Shown here: piece by piece, positions 33,675 through 42,760 of the stretch
Position numbering within the stretch: position 1 is the first letter of the stretch
How the letters are laid out: each line of letters starts with the position of its first letter
NCBI GenBank assembly: GCA_963747985.1
Contig: CAVVHG010000014.1
Location: 17,149-81,148, forward strand
DNA: 64,000 nucleotides
DNA from: an uncultured Acidobacteriota bacterium
GTDB taxonomy: Bacteria; Acidobacteriota; UBA6911
Reading direction: 5' to 3'
The notes under the pieces: generated by a model
What the model was told of the DNA's origin: nothing
The model's database searches: none
The model's input: the letters and a program-made list of their open reading frames with translations, nothing else
Translations under genes and position numbers: made by a program

Positions 33675-34223
33675 ATGGCGCCTGCGATCCAGCTGCGATT
33701 CTACGAGGAACTCAACGATTACCTCGCGGCGGAACGGCGAAAGCGATCCTTTTCCGTCTCGTTCGCACGAGGTGCTACCATCGCCGAACAACTCGACCTT
33801 TTGGGCGTACCGATTGACAAAGTCGATCTGGTGCTCTGCAACGGCGCATCCGTCGGACTCTCGCAAGCCTTGCACGACGGAGATCGATTGAGCGTCTACC
33901 CCGTCTTCGAGTCCTTCGACATAGCCCTCGTCCAGCGACTGCGCGAGAGGCCGTTGCGTACTCCCCGGCTCCTTGCCGGCCGGAGTCTGATCAGCCTGGT
34001 CCGGCTGCTTTCTGAACGCGGCCTTGACGCCAGGGTGGAAGATGCTGAGCCCGAGGTGCTCTGCCGGATTGCGGAGGAAGAGAGCAGGATCCTGCTGGTT
34101 GAGGGAAGGCTGCCCAACGATGTCGTTCCGCCTTCCCGCATCTGCCGCGTTGTGTCGACCGAAGCCCGGGAGCAACTCAACGAAGTCCTGGCCCGCCTGG
34201 ACTTGCGAGATAGAAATCACTGA
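33675..34223 (+). CDS. Mut7-C ubiquitin-like domain fused to a degenerate, truncated Mut7-C RNase domain
   Basis: LRFYEELNDYL...LGVP..VDLVLCNG...GDRLSVYPVFE; second half lacks the PIN acidic residues and the Zn ribbon. Confidence 0.78.
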   Translation: MAPAIQLRFYEELNDYLAAERRKRSFSVSFARGATIAEQLDLLGVPIDKVDLVLCNGASVGLSQALHDGDRLSVYPVFESFDIALVQRLRERPLRTPRLLAGRSLISLVRLLSERGLDARVEDAEPEVLCRIAEEESRILLVEGRLPNDVVPPSRICRVVSTEAREQLNEVLARLDLRDRNH

Positions 34224-34267
34224 GTCGCGGGCTGCTCAAATGCGATGTTCCTGCGGCTGAAGTGCGG

Positions 34268-34312
34268 GTCCGCGCCGCCGGCGCGGACAGTGCGCGCTTC
34301 GGCAAAGCGCGC
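34268..34312. terminator. Two adjacent GC hairpins between convergent genes
   Basis: GTCCGCGCC-gcc-GGCGCGGAC and GCGCGCTT-cggca-AAGCGCGC. Confidence 0.5.
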
Positions 34313-34338
34313 CCACTCACAATCTTGCCGATCGTTCT

Positions 34339-34761
34339 TTACTCCCCCACGATGGTCACCGTAACTTCCCGGTCACGAGGGCGATCGTCGAAATCACACA
34401 GCACGATCTGTTGCCATTCTCCGATCCGGAGAGTCCCCCCGGTCAGCGGAAATGAGCGGGCTGTGCCCACCAGCGCGCTGCGGAGATGGGAATATCCGTT
34501 TTCGTCTCCCCACCGGGCGTTGTGCGCATAGTCTCTGTTTGCCGGCGCGATCTTCTCCAGTGCGCGCCGCAGATCGGCGACGCAACCGGGCTCGAACTCG
34601 AGGGTCGTGATGCCGGACGTCGATCCACGGCTGGAGACGTTTACGATTCCATTCCGGGCTTTGCTCTCAGTGACTACGGACTCCACCCTGGCACTGATGT
34701 CCAACACGTCACAGTTACCCTTCGTTCGGACGGAGAAACTGCGTTGAAAGACCTCGACCAT
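34339..34761 (-). CDS. yjbQ: YjbQ/UPF0047 family protein
   Basis: TTLEFEPG, YAHN..WGDENGYSHLRS, IGEWQQIVLCDFD.RPR.R. Confidence 0.9.
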   Translation of the reverse strand: MVEVFQRSFSVRTKGNCDVLDISARVESVVTESKARNGIVNVSSRGSTSGITTLEFEPGCVADLRRALEKIAPANRDYAHNARWGDENGYSHLRSALVGTARSFPLTGGTLRIGEWQQIVLCDFDDRPRDREVTVTIVGE

Positions 34762-34820
34762 GGAGAAACCTCCTCTGCGGGCAAACTCGCCGCCGGTGCG
34801 GTTCGGATATACCCGCCGGC

Positions 34821-36230
34821 TCAGGCGCAGGCGCCCTGAATTCTGCCGGCGACGGCGTGGGCCATTTTGACGCAGTCGTTCAGCCCGACACCGTAGTAGG
34901 CATTTCCAACTGCGTGGAGCCCCTGGTGGCGCGCTGCGAGTTCCTCGATCCTGCGTCGACGCTCCCGGTGCCCTAGCGTGAATTGCGGGATGCCTTCCTG
35001 CCAGCGATAGATGCGCAGAAATGCCGGCGCGCCGCGGATGCCGAGCAGAGGGCCGATCTCCCGCTGCACGGTGGCCCACAACTCGTCACCCGACATCCCT
35101 GTCACCGAAGGATCCCCCGCACCACCGAGCATTGTGCGAAACTGGACGTGCCCTTCCGGTGCCCGGCCTGAGAAGATGGACGAGGTCCAGATTGAGCCGA
35201 GCGTCCTCAGCCCTTCCGAGCGCGGAATCAGGAATCCGAAGCCATCGAGGGGATGCGCGATATCCTGTCGCCGATGGCCGCTCGCGACAACGGCGATAGC
35301 AGCATACGGAATCGCGGAGAACGCCGCCGACAGGTTCGGGTCCAACTCCTTTGTTATGCGTGCGGCCGCGCCTGTCGGACAGGCAATCACCACGCGTCTC
35401 GCCCGTACCCGGTTTCCAAGGTTGTCGTACACCTCCCACATGCCATCGCGGCGCGAGATCTCTGTAACCGGACGTCCGGTGCGGATGATCCGCTGCAGGT
35501 CTTCACGCAGCGCTTCGACCAGGACATCGAGGCCGGTCTGGAAGGATGTCAGCCAGCCACCGGGGCCTGCGGGGCCGCCGGCCTTCTTCTGCCTGGCGTC
35601 AACCTGCGCGCTCCGTTCCCGCCGCCGGGCAATGAGTGCTTTCACGAGGCTTCCGTATCGCAGCTCCATCTCCCGCATGATCGGAAAGCATGATGGAAGT
35701 GAGAGTTCCCGGGCCAGACCTCCGAATACTCCCGACACCATGGGATCGACGAAGGTCGCTGCAGCAGCTCGCCCGATGCGCCTGGCCGCGAAGTCGAATA
35801 CAGATTCATCTTCGTCGTCACGCCGGGCGGGTATGAAGGGTTCCGCAAAGAGCCGCAGCTTCTCGCGCGGACGGAGAAGCCCGGTCTTCAGCATCGCGGG
35901 CGGCGAGAACGGGACCGGGTGCAATCGGCCACCTTTCAAAATAAACCGCTTCTCACTCTTCTCATCTGCACGCTCCAGCCGCGATGTCAGGCCTAGTTCA
36001 TCGACCATCTTCAACGTCAGCGGCTCACGGTCGAGGAAACCGTTGGGACCCCAGTCGATGGAGTATCCGTGCTCGCGGTCGGTGCCGATGGTGCCGCCCA
36101 CCCGCTCTGAGGCTTCCCAAAGCTGCCACGAACCAGGGTTTTCGTGCAGGCGCAGCCAGTGTGCCACCGCAAGACCGGAAATCCCTCCGCCCACGATAAG
36201 CCCGTCGAGATCACTCCCCGAATCATGCAT
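34821..36230 (-). CDS. hemY: Protoporphyrinogen/coproporphyrinogen oxidase (HemY/HemG)
   Basis: VGGGISGL, VGGTIGT, DWGPNGFL, SGVFGG, GFGFLIP, IPQFTLGH, GVGLNDC. Confidence 0.95.
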   Translation of the reverse strand: MHDSGSDLDGLIVGGGISGLAVAHWLRLHENPGSWQLWEASERVGGTIGTDREHGYSIDWGPNGFLDREPLTLKMVDELGLTSRLERADEKSEKRFILKGGRLHPVPFSPPAMLKTGLLRPREKLRLFAEPFIPARRDDEDESVFDFAARRIGRAAAATFVDPMVSGVFGGLARELSLPSCFPIMREMELRYGSLVKALIARRRERSAQVDARQKKAGGPAGPGGWLTSFQTGLDVLVEALREDLQRIIRTGRPVTEISRRDGMWEVYDNLGNRVRARRVVIACPTGAAARITKELDPNLSAAFSAIPYAAIAVVASGHRRQDIAHPLDGFGFLIPRSEGLRTLGSIWTSSIFSGRAPEGHVQFRTMLGGAGDPSVTGMSGDELWATVQREIGPLLGIRGAPAFLRIYRWQEGIPQFTLGHRERRRRIEELAARHQGLHAVGNAYYGVGLNDCVKMAHAVAGRIQGACA

Positions 36231-36355
36231 GCGCATAAATTAACCACAGAGGTGCGGAGTTCGCAAAGGACTCTCTTGACCTGCTCGCGAAAAAGCGGGC
36301 GTAAGGGCATGCGATTGGATATTATCCTGGCAGAATCACTCGCGAGGGAGGTGCC

Positions 36356-37306
36356 ATGCCCCGCAAGAAGAAGGTCGTTCGCAGGAAGAAGGCCGCACCC
36401 GGCTCCAGGGGGTTGTCCCCGAAGGAGACGGCGGCTCCGGCCGGTGCGGCGGCGCATGATCTCGCCGCAGCTGTCGAAGCAGATGGCGGCGCCGTCATCG
36501 GACACTTCAAGGATCCTTTCGGCGTGCGGGACCTGTTGCTGGCAGTCCTGCCGACCGATCGGGTGGAGCCCACGCCTTACCAGCGCGACGCGTCGGACAC
36601 TCATGTGAAGCGGCTGATGAATGCGATCGAGAAGGTAGGCAGCTATCTGGACCCGATCGTCGCCATCCGGCACGAGAATGCTTACTGGACACCGAACGGC
36701 AATCACAGGCTGCAGGCAATGAAGAAACTCGGCGCAAGATCGATCACGGCGCTCCTGGTGCCCGAACCCGAAATTGCCTTCAAGATCCTGGCCCTCAATA
36801 CCGAGAAGGCGCACAACCTGCGGGAGAAGTCGCTCGAGACAATACGGATGCTGAAGGCCATGGCGGAAGAGAGTGGCAAAAACGAAAGCGACTTCGCTTT
36901 CGAGTTCGAGGCTCCGGTCTTCCTTACACTCGGCGTCTGCTACGAGAGCCGCCCAAGGTTCAGCGGCGGAGCCTATCAGCCGGTTCTGCGCAGGGTGGAT
37001 GATTTCCTCGACCTGCCGCTCAAGGAGGCACTCGCCGAGCGCGAGCGGCGTGCTCAGCTGATCCTGCAACTCGACGAGGCGGTCTCCGAGGTGGTCGCCA
37101 GGCTGAAAGAGCGGGGATTAGAGAGCCCTTACATGCGGGCATTCGTGGTCGCCAGGATAAATCCGACCCGGTTTGCCAGGGCGCCCGAATTCGATTTTGA
37201 CGATGTGTTTGGCAAGATGATCTCTGCTGCATCCCGATTCAAGGTCGACAGGATAAGGCAGGAGGACATAGCCCGCACCGGTGGCGCGCCGGACTTGGAG
37301 GAGTGA
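36356..37306 (+). CDS. ParB N-terminal (ParB/Srx-like) domain protein
   Basis: PTPYQRD, LDPIVA, TPNGNHRL, LNTEKAHNLREK; basic N-terminal tail; no obvious HTH. Confidence 0.8.
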   Translation: MPRKKKVVRRKKAAPGSRGLSPKETAAPAGAAAHDLAAAVEADGGAVIGHFKDPFGVRDLLLAVLPTDRVEPTPYQRDASDTHVKRLMNAIEKVGSYLDPIVAIRHENAYWTPNGNHRLQAMKKLGARSITALLVPEPEIAFKILALNTEKAHNLREKSLETIRMLKAMAEESGKNESDFAFEFEAPVFLTLGVCYESRPRFSGGAYQPVLRRVDDFLDLPLKEALAERERRAQLILQLDEAVSEVVARLKERGLESPYMRAFVVARINPTRFARAPEFDFDDVFGKMISAASRFKVDRIRQEDIARTGGAPDLEE

Positions 37307-37353
37307 AAATGGCGATGTTCGGCCATCCGGGTGAGCGAGGCGAGGACCCGACG

Positions 37354-37947
37354 ATGAAACACCTGATCCGCCAGTTCAGGCTGGAACAAGGGGCACTCGA
37401 AATACAGTACATCGAGGAGTACTTTGACGAGTTCAGAGAGAAGAAGACCTCGGAGGAAATCGTCGACCGGCTATCCGGACGGGAGCACCTCATCCTGATG
37501 GCACTGGCAGCCTCGCCGGACGGTGAACATCAACTCATACCTGTGGCTTTCAAGGTCGGGCACGAATTGAGGGCTTCTGAAACGGATCCTGACCTGGCCG
37601 ACCTTGTCGAACAGCTGCGCGGGAGTATCGACCTGGAGGGGCGCAAAATCTTCTACAGCTGGCTCGGGGGCACCAGGCAGCCCTGGCGTGGACGGGGCCA
37701 CTATCGTGCCCTGACGGAGCAGCAGGAGGAGTGGGCCCTGGCAAACGGGTACCAGGAGCTTGTCGTCAAGACGAAGAACAAGTTCTATACCATGCGGGCG
37801 ACCCTGGACCACCTGCGCTTCAACGTTGTCCGATTCCAGCCGTTTCACCAGGACAACGGCGAGTCCAAGGTGTACCTGAGCAAACTCATCCGTGCGGAGC
37901 TGCTCCGGCACCACCAGACAGACCGCACCCTGGTTGAGTCAATCTAG
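37354..37947 (+). CDS. GNAT-family acetyltransferase
   Basis: YSWLGGTRQPWRGRGHY acetyl-CoA motif A, VKTKNKF; start is 37354 or the overlapping 37303. Confidence 0.75.
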   Translation: MKHLIRQFRLEQGALEIQYIEEYFDEFREKKTSEEIVDRLSGREHLILMALAASPDGEHQLIPVAFKVGHELRASETDPDLADLVEQLRGSIDLEGRKIFYSWLGGTRQPWRGRGHYRALTEQQEEWALANGYQELVVKTKNKFYTMRATLDHLRFNVVRFQPFHQDNGESKVYLSKLIRAELLRHHQTDRTLVESI

Positions 37948-38104
37948 CGCCCTGCCCGCATTCCGCTGAATCACATCCGAACCGGGACCAGCTCCACGCC
38001 GACGGAGCGCCGAGACCTGCGAGACAGCGGAAATTTGCGGCCGAACATGGTAGGCTCTTGGCGGAATTGTCATCTATTGCTTCGGGGAGGGACAGGAAAG
38101 GATT

Positions 38105-38854
38105 ATGACCTACACTCTGGTACTTGTGCGGCACGGGCAAAGCACCTGGAATCTGGAAAACCGTTTCACGGGTTGGACCGACGTCGACCTTACAGAACAG
38201 GGCCGACAGGAGGCCATCTACGGCGGCCGTGTGCTGCGGGAAAACGGCTACACGTTCGACATTGCATATACCTCTGTGCTCAAGCGTGCGATAAAGACAC
38301 TCTGGCTCGTCATGGAGCAGATGGACCTGGAGTGGCTGCCCGTCATCAACGCTTATCAGCTGAACGAGCGCCACTACGGCGCGTTGCAGGGGCTGAACAA
38401 GTCTGAGATGGCCGTCAAGTATGGCGAGGCGCAAGTGAAACTCTGGCGCCGCAGTTATGACATTCCTCCGCCGCAGCTGGACCTCGATGACCCGCGCCAT
38501 CCCCGCTTCGACAGGCGCTATGCCTCCCTCGCCCCGGAGCAATTGCCGCGGTCGGAGTCTCTCAAGGACACGGTTGCGCGCATGCTGCCTTACTGGCACA
38601 GCACGATCGCACCGATGGTGAAGACCGGTCAGCGGGTCCTTGTATCAGCCCACGGCAATAGCCTCAGGGCGCTGGTGAAGTACCTCGACAACGTCTCCGA
38701 CCAGGAAATCGTCGAGCTCAACATCCCGACCGGCATCCCGCTCGTCTATGAGCTTGACGAGAATCTCCGCCCGATCAAACATTTCTACCTGGGAGACCTT
38801 GAGGCCATCCAGAAGGCGATAGACGCCGTTGCCGCGCAAGGAAAAGCGCGCTGA
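38105..38854 (+). CDS. gpmA: 2,3-bisphosphoglycerate-dependent phosphoglycerate mutase
   Basis: [36 protein letters not shown]. Confidence 0.98.
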   Translation: MTYTLVLVRHGQSTWNLENRFTGWTDVDLTEQGRQEAIYGGRVLRENGYTFDIAYTSVLKRAIKTLWLVMEQMDLEWLPVINAYQLNERHYGALQGLNKSEMAVKYGEAQVKLWRRSYDIPPPQLDLDDPRHPRFDRRYASLAPEQLPRSESLKDTVARMLPYWHSTIAPMVKTGQRVLVSAHGNSLRALVKYLDNVSDQEIVELNIPTGIPLVYELDENLRPIKHFYLGDLEAIQKAIDAVAAQGKAR

Positions 38855-38884
38855 AACGCTCTACCGCAGGCTTGCGGCGTACCG

Positions 38885-39952
38885 ATGCCCAAACCGGAGA
38901 CATTTTCCTGGATACTCGATTCGGGCGGCGCTGGACGCGGGGCGTGGCAGGGCGGTGTCATCCACCAATTCATGCGCTGGGCGCGACTGAACGGGTCCTA
39001 TCCATCCATCAGTATGGGCGCATCTGCCGGCGGATACGCAGCGGCTGACGTCGCTACCGGTACGGAAGCCACGGTGATGAAGGGCTGGACGCGATGGGGA
39101 GATGAGGAGATCCCTCATCCCCGCAGTGTGCCGGCCGGCGATAAGAGCTTCTGGGGTCTGGGCCGCTTCCGGCTGCACCTCATGGCTTCGATCCGCTATG
39201 TGATGGCCGCGGGCGAGACGTCGGCCGTCTTCGACCCCGGCCACTCCCGCAAGCTGCTCGTCTTCACGTCACGGATCAGGCGCCGGGACGGACGGGAGAT
39301 CGGCGCTTCCGACATGAACCGCCTTTTTTTCAGGGCCGCTACACGAAAACTACCGACGCCGCTGAAGTACCTTCCGCGGATCTACGTCGAAGAGCCGATC
39401 GTATTCGCAACCCCTCTGCCCGCCGAGCTGCATTCGGAGTACGTCCGTCCTCTGACCCCGCGGAACTACCACCGCGTTCTCCTTGCTTCCTGCCTCGTGC
39501 CCCTGGCAATGGGAGCACCTCTTCATCACGAAGAACTGGATCCGCACGGAGCGAGTTCCGCTGCGACGTCCTATCCCGGCGACCACCGTGCTGTCTTCAT
39601 CGATGGCGGGTACACGATGAAGATGCCCATGGCGATCTTCGAGGAGAATCAGTACTTTCATGACCTCGCCCGGTGGGTCGCAGCTGAGAAGACCATCATC
39701 TTCTGCTGTGATCCGGGCGCACAGCTTTGGGAGACGAGTTTCAGGTTGCGGGCGCTTAATCAATATCCATCGGTTGCCCGGGCGGTCGCAGAAAATCGGT
39801 GGCTGGTGATTTTCCCTGATCACCCGATCGAAGCCGGATTCCTGTGCTACGACAACGAAGTGGCCATGAGGACCTTTCGCCGGGGCCAGGAGCAGGCAGA
39901 CCGCCTCCTGCGCAGCGATTCTGTCCGTCGCCTTTTGGACGGCTCCGAGTGA
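38885..39952 (+). CDS. Patatin-like phospholipase
   Basis: Gly-rich SGGAGRGAWQGG, GASAG nucleophile, IDGG catalytic Asp. Confidence 0.75.
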   Translation: MPKPETFSWILDSGGAGRGAWQGGVIHQFMRWARLNGSYPSISMGASAGGYAAADVATGTEATVMKGWTRWGDEEIPHPRSVPAGDKSFWGLGRFRLHLMASIRYVMAAGETSAVFDPGHSRKLLVFTSRIRRRDGREIGASDMNRLFFRAATRKLPTPLKYLPRIYVEEPIVFATPLPAELHSEYVRPLTPRNYHRVLLASCLVPLAMGAPLHHEELDPHGASSAATSYPGDHRAVFIDGGYTMKMPMAIFEENQYFHDLARWVAAEKTIIFCCDPGAQLWETSFRLRALNQYPSVARAVAENRWLVIFPDHPIEAGFLCYDNEVAMRTFRRGQEQADRLLRSDSVRRLLDGSE

Positions 39953-40000
39953 CCACGCTCTCGTCCGCGTCATCGCACACCGGCGACGCGAGCCCACTTG

Positions 40001-40762
40001 CTATCCCACTGTCCTCCCACCGTCAACAGTGAGCACTGCGCCGGTGATCCACGCTGAATCGTCGGACGCAAGGAAGAGAGCGGCCTTTGCCACTTCCTCA
40101 GGTGTGCCGAGCCTTTTCAGCAGGGTCGCGGCCGCGGCGTCGGCTACCGCTGACGCGGGATCCGGGAATGCCCGGGCGGAATCCCAGATCAGGGGTGTGT
40201 CGACAGGACCCGGACAGATCACGTTGACGCGAATTGTGGGAGCATAATCGGCGCTGACCTGCCGTGCGAATGCTATGAGCGCCCCCTTGCTTGCGCAATA
40301 TGCTGCGTGATTGGGAAAGCCTTTGAACGCGGCAATCGATCCGGTGACCACGACTGCACCGCGGCCTCGCTCGAGCATTCCCGGGATTCCCGCTTTGAGC
40401 AGATAGAAAACCGCGTCGAGGTTAGTGGCCATCGTCTCGCGCCATGATTCGACGGAGGTTCCGGTGACCGAGCCCAGGCCCAGGCGCCCCGCGTTGGGCA
40501 CGAGGATATCGACCCCACCGAAGCGCTCCGCTGCAAAGGCGACGAGGGCCTCACTGGCCTCGGGCGCAGCGATGTCTCCCGCGACAAATTCCGCCTTCCC
40601 CCCTCGAGCGCGTACCCGATCTACCACGGCAGCGCCTCGGGCTGCATCGCGTCCCCCGATGATCACGCTCGCTCCTTCGCCTGCGAACAGTTCAGCGATG
40701 GCGCTGCCCATGCCTCTCGTCCCGCCCGTAATGATCGCCACTCTGTCTGTCAGTTTGCCCAC
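40001..40762 (-). CDS. SDR family oxidoreductase
   Basis: ITGGTRGMG, PNAG, YCASK, VICPGPVDTP; GTG start after GGGAGG. Confidence 0.9.
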   Translation of the reverse strand: MGKLTDRVAIITGGTRGMGSAIAELFAGEGASVIIGGRDAARGAAVVDRVRARGGKAEFVAGDIAAPEASEALVAFAAERFGGVDILVPNAGRLGLGSVTGTSVESWRETMATNLDAVFYLLKAGIPGMLERGRGAVVVTGSIAAFKGFPNHAAYCASKGALIAFARQVSADYAPTIRVNVICPGPVDTPLIWDSARAFPDPASAVADAAAATLLKRLGTPEEVAKAALFLASDDSAWITGAVLTVDGGRTVG

Positions 40763-40886
40763 GACGCCCTCCCCGGAAGGCAAAGGATACCCTACGAGCG
40801 CTGGTATTCTGAATGCCTGCTCGCTTGCTTCGAGAAAATCTCTCGCGGGGTTATGTGCCCGAGCCTTCTCCTGCTATGCTGTCGCT

Positions 40887-41597
40887 ATGATCCAGGGCGC
40901 GATTTTCGACATGGACGGGGTGCTGGTAAACAACCTCGAGTACCACATCCGTGCCTGGCAGCAGCTGGGAAGGGAGCACGGGAGGAACCTCACCCCGGAA
41001 TCCGTCCGCCGCGTGTTCGGCCGGCGCAACGACGAGATGATTCGCTCGCTCTTCGGCTCGCCGCTCTCGCGCGATGTGATCCTCCTCTACGCAACGCGCA
41101 AGGAGGACATATATCGCGCACTCATGGCGCCGGAACTCACGCCGGTGCCCGGCCTGCCCATGCTGCTCGCTGTTCTGAAGGAAGCCGGCATGAGAAGCGC
41201 GGTAGCCACGAGCGGCCCGCACGAAAACGCCAACCTGGTGCTGGACGGATTGAACATCAGGCAGTATTTCGACGCGGTCATCACCGGAGATGATGTCTCC
41301 CGGAGCAAACCCCATCCGGACATATTTCTGCTGGCCGCCAGGCGTATCGGCCTGCCCACCGAACAATGTGTCGTCTTCGAGGACTCCAGTGCAGGGATCG
41401 AGGCCGCTTCCCGTGCGGGTTGCCTCTGCATCGCCCTGTCGACGACCCATCGTGCGTCGGAGTTGGAGGCCTATCGAACCGCCCTCATCATCCCGGATTT
41501 CACGACGCTTTCCGTCTCCGTCCTTAAGGAATTGAGGGGGACCGTCGCCAGTGTCCCACCGGAAGTAGAAAAAGGGAAAGCAAAGTCCAAAGGCTGA
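40887..41597 (+). CDS. HAD-superfamily phosphatase (beta-phosphoglucomutase-like)
   Basis: FDMDGVL, ATSG, SKPHPDIF, VFEDS. Confidence 0.93.
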   Translation: MIQGAIFDMDGVLVNNLEYHIRAWQQLGREHGRNLTPESVRRVFGRRNDEMIRSLFGSPLSRDVILLYATRKEDIYRALMAPELTPVPGLPMLLAVLKEAGMRSAVATSGPHENANLVLDGLNIRQYFDAVITGDDVSRSKPHPDIFLLAARRIGLPTEQCVVFEDSSAGIEAASRAGCLCIALSTTHRASELEAYRTALIIPDFTTLSVSVLKELRGTVASVPPEVEKGKAKSKG

Positions 41598-41734
41598 GCC
41601 TCAGCGCGAGAGTGCCTCTGACGATCTGAGCCCAGTGCTGGTCTTCCCAACGCAATGCGCCGGCATGCTGGGGATGCTGGTAGCTGCTCTCATCACCACA
41701 GAGGCTCAGACCACCTCAATGGAAACAAGGGATT

Positions 41735-41840
41735 CCTTGTACGCTAAGAATGGGCCCGGAAATCCGTCCTGAGGCCTCTTTTGGGAATGAATATATCCAC
41801 ATCTGACTGAATCAACAGGTCTTGCCGCGGTCCGACCCCG
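41735..41840. repeat. About 105-bp dispersed intergenic element, copy 1
   Basis: Shares CCTTGTAYGCT, AGGCCTCTTTTG, TGARTCAA and CGGTCCGACCCCG blocks at near-identical spacing with 61713-61819. Confidence 0.7.
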
Positions 41841-41925
41841 ATCAGCGAAGCGGGAATCCGGTGCTGACAGCCTGTCTCTAAGAGGCAATATATGAGATTA
41901 TTGTGAACGGAGAAGGCGAGAGTAC

Positions 41926-42726
41926 ATGGGCAATGTAGTCCAGTTCCCAGGTGTCACCCCTTCGAAGCTCGACTTCGAACGCATACGGTCGACTTATTCG
42001 GTGCGCGATATCAGCCGGCGGTTCGGTATCAGCGAGCACTATATCCGCCGCTGGGCGCGCGAGGGGCTGATCTCCTGCATCCCGTCCCCCGATAGCCACG
42101 AAGTCCGTTTCGACCTGCAGGGCTTGCGACGGTTCAGGCGGGTGCGTGAACTTCGCAGCCAGGGACTGTCCGTCAGCCAGATCGATTCGGAACTTCGCGG
42201 ACAATTGAACCTGTTTCCGCCGCCCTCGGGCCAGGTCATACAGATTCCCGTCAAGCTCAGCCCCTTTTCCGAAGCACTGCTGCTCCACGAGCGTGGTGAC
42301 CCGAGAGCGCGGGAATGCTACGAGAAGGCGATCTCCGAGGGGGAGTCGGTCACGGATGCCTTCTGCAACCTGGGCATTCTCGAATTCGAGGCGGGGAATG
42401 CACCCCGGGCATTCGACTGCTTCACCCGTGCGTTGCGCCACGATGCCCGGCACTTCGAATCGCACTTCAATCTGGGCAATCTTTACTTTGAATCCCGCGA
42501 CCTGCGCCTGGCCAGGCTCCACTACGAAATAGCCGCCAGGATAGAGCCCGGTTGCTCTCATCTCTTCTTTAACCTCGGCCTTGTATACGCCATCGACGGC
42601 GACCTCCGTTCAGCGGTAGAGGCGTTGAACAAGTCAAAGGAGAAGGCGGCAGACGAGGACAGGCGGAGAGCGGACGAACTGCTTGCGAGCCTCGAGAGCA
42701 TCATCGCTTCCCGCGGTGAAGACTGA
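41926..42726 (+). CDS. MerR-type HTH plus TPR-repeat protein
   Basis: YSVRDISRRFGISEHYIRRWAREGL wHTH; three to four TPRs (FCNLG, HFNLGNL, FFNLGL); linker GQLNLF. Confidence 0.85.
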   Translation: MGNVVQFPGVTPSKLDFERIRSTYSVRDISRRFGISEHYIRRWAREGLISCIPSPDSHEVRFDLQGLRRFRRVRELRSQGLSVSQIDSELRGQLNLFPPPSGQVIQIPVKLSPFSEALLLHERGDPRARECYEKAISEGESVTDAFCNLGILEFEAGNAPRAFDCFTRALRHDARHFESHFNLGNLYFESRDLRLARLHYEIAARIEPGCSHLFFNLGLVYAIDGDLRSAVEALNKSKEKAADEDRRRADELLASLESIIASRGED

Positions 42727-42760
42727 CGCGGGCTTATGATTCAAGTAAGGAGAAATGCCC

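Noticed and set aside
34224-34270. Remnant Mut7-C zinc ribbon (SRC-SK-C-like) after the stop codon
   Set aside because: It needs two extra indels to read, and the second CxxC/YW motif is absent; probably chance.
36356-37306. Chromosome or plasmid partition locus
   Set aside because: No parA, no parS palindrome (GTTTCACGTGAAAC-like) and no HTH in the protein.
37948-38104. c-di-AMP (ydaO) riboswitch suggested by CGCTGAATC
   Set aside because: The remaining conserved elements (GGGGGACCC, CCCGAACCCGTCAGCTAA) are absent.
38885-39952. CBASS-type patatin (CapV) defence effector
   Set aside because: No CD-NTase or cap genes nearby; the neighbours are housekeeping.
41626-41710. Hairpin closed by TCTGAGCC/GGCTCAGA as tRNA, SRP or 6S RNA
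   Set aside because: No cloverleaf or T-loop, no SRP GGAAG-AGCAG motif, and too short for 6S; only an 8-bp closing stem supports it.
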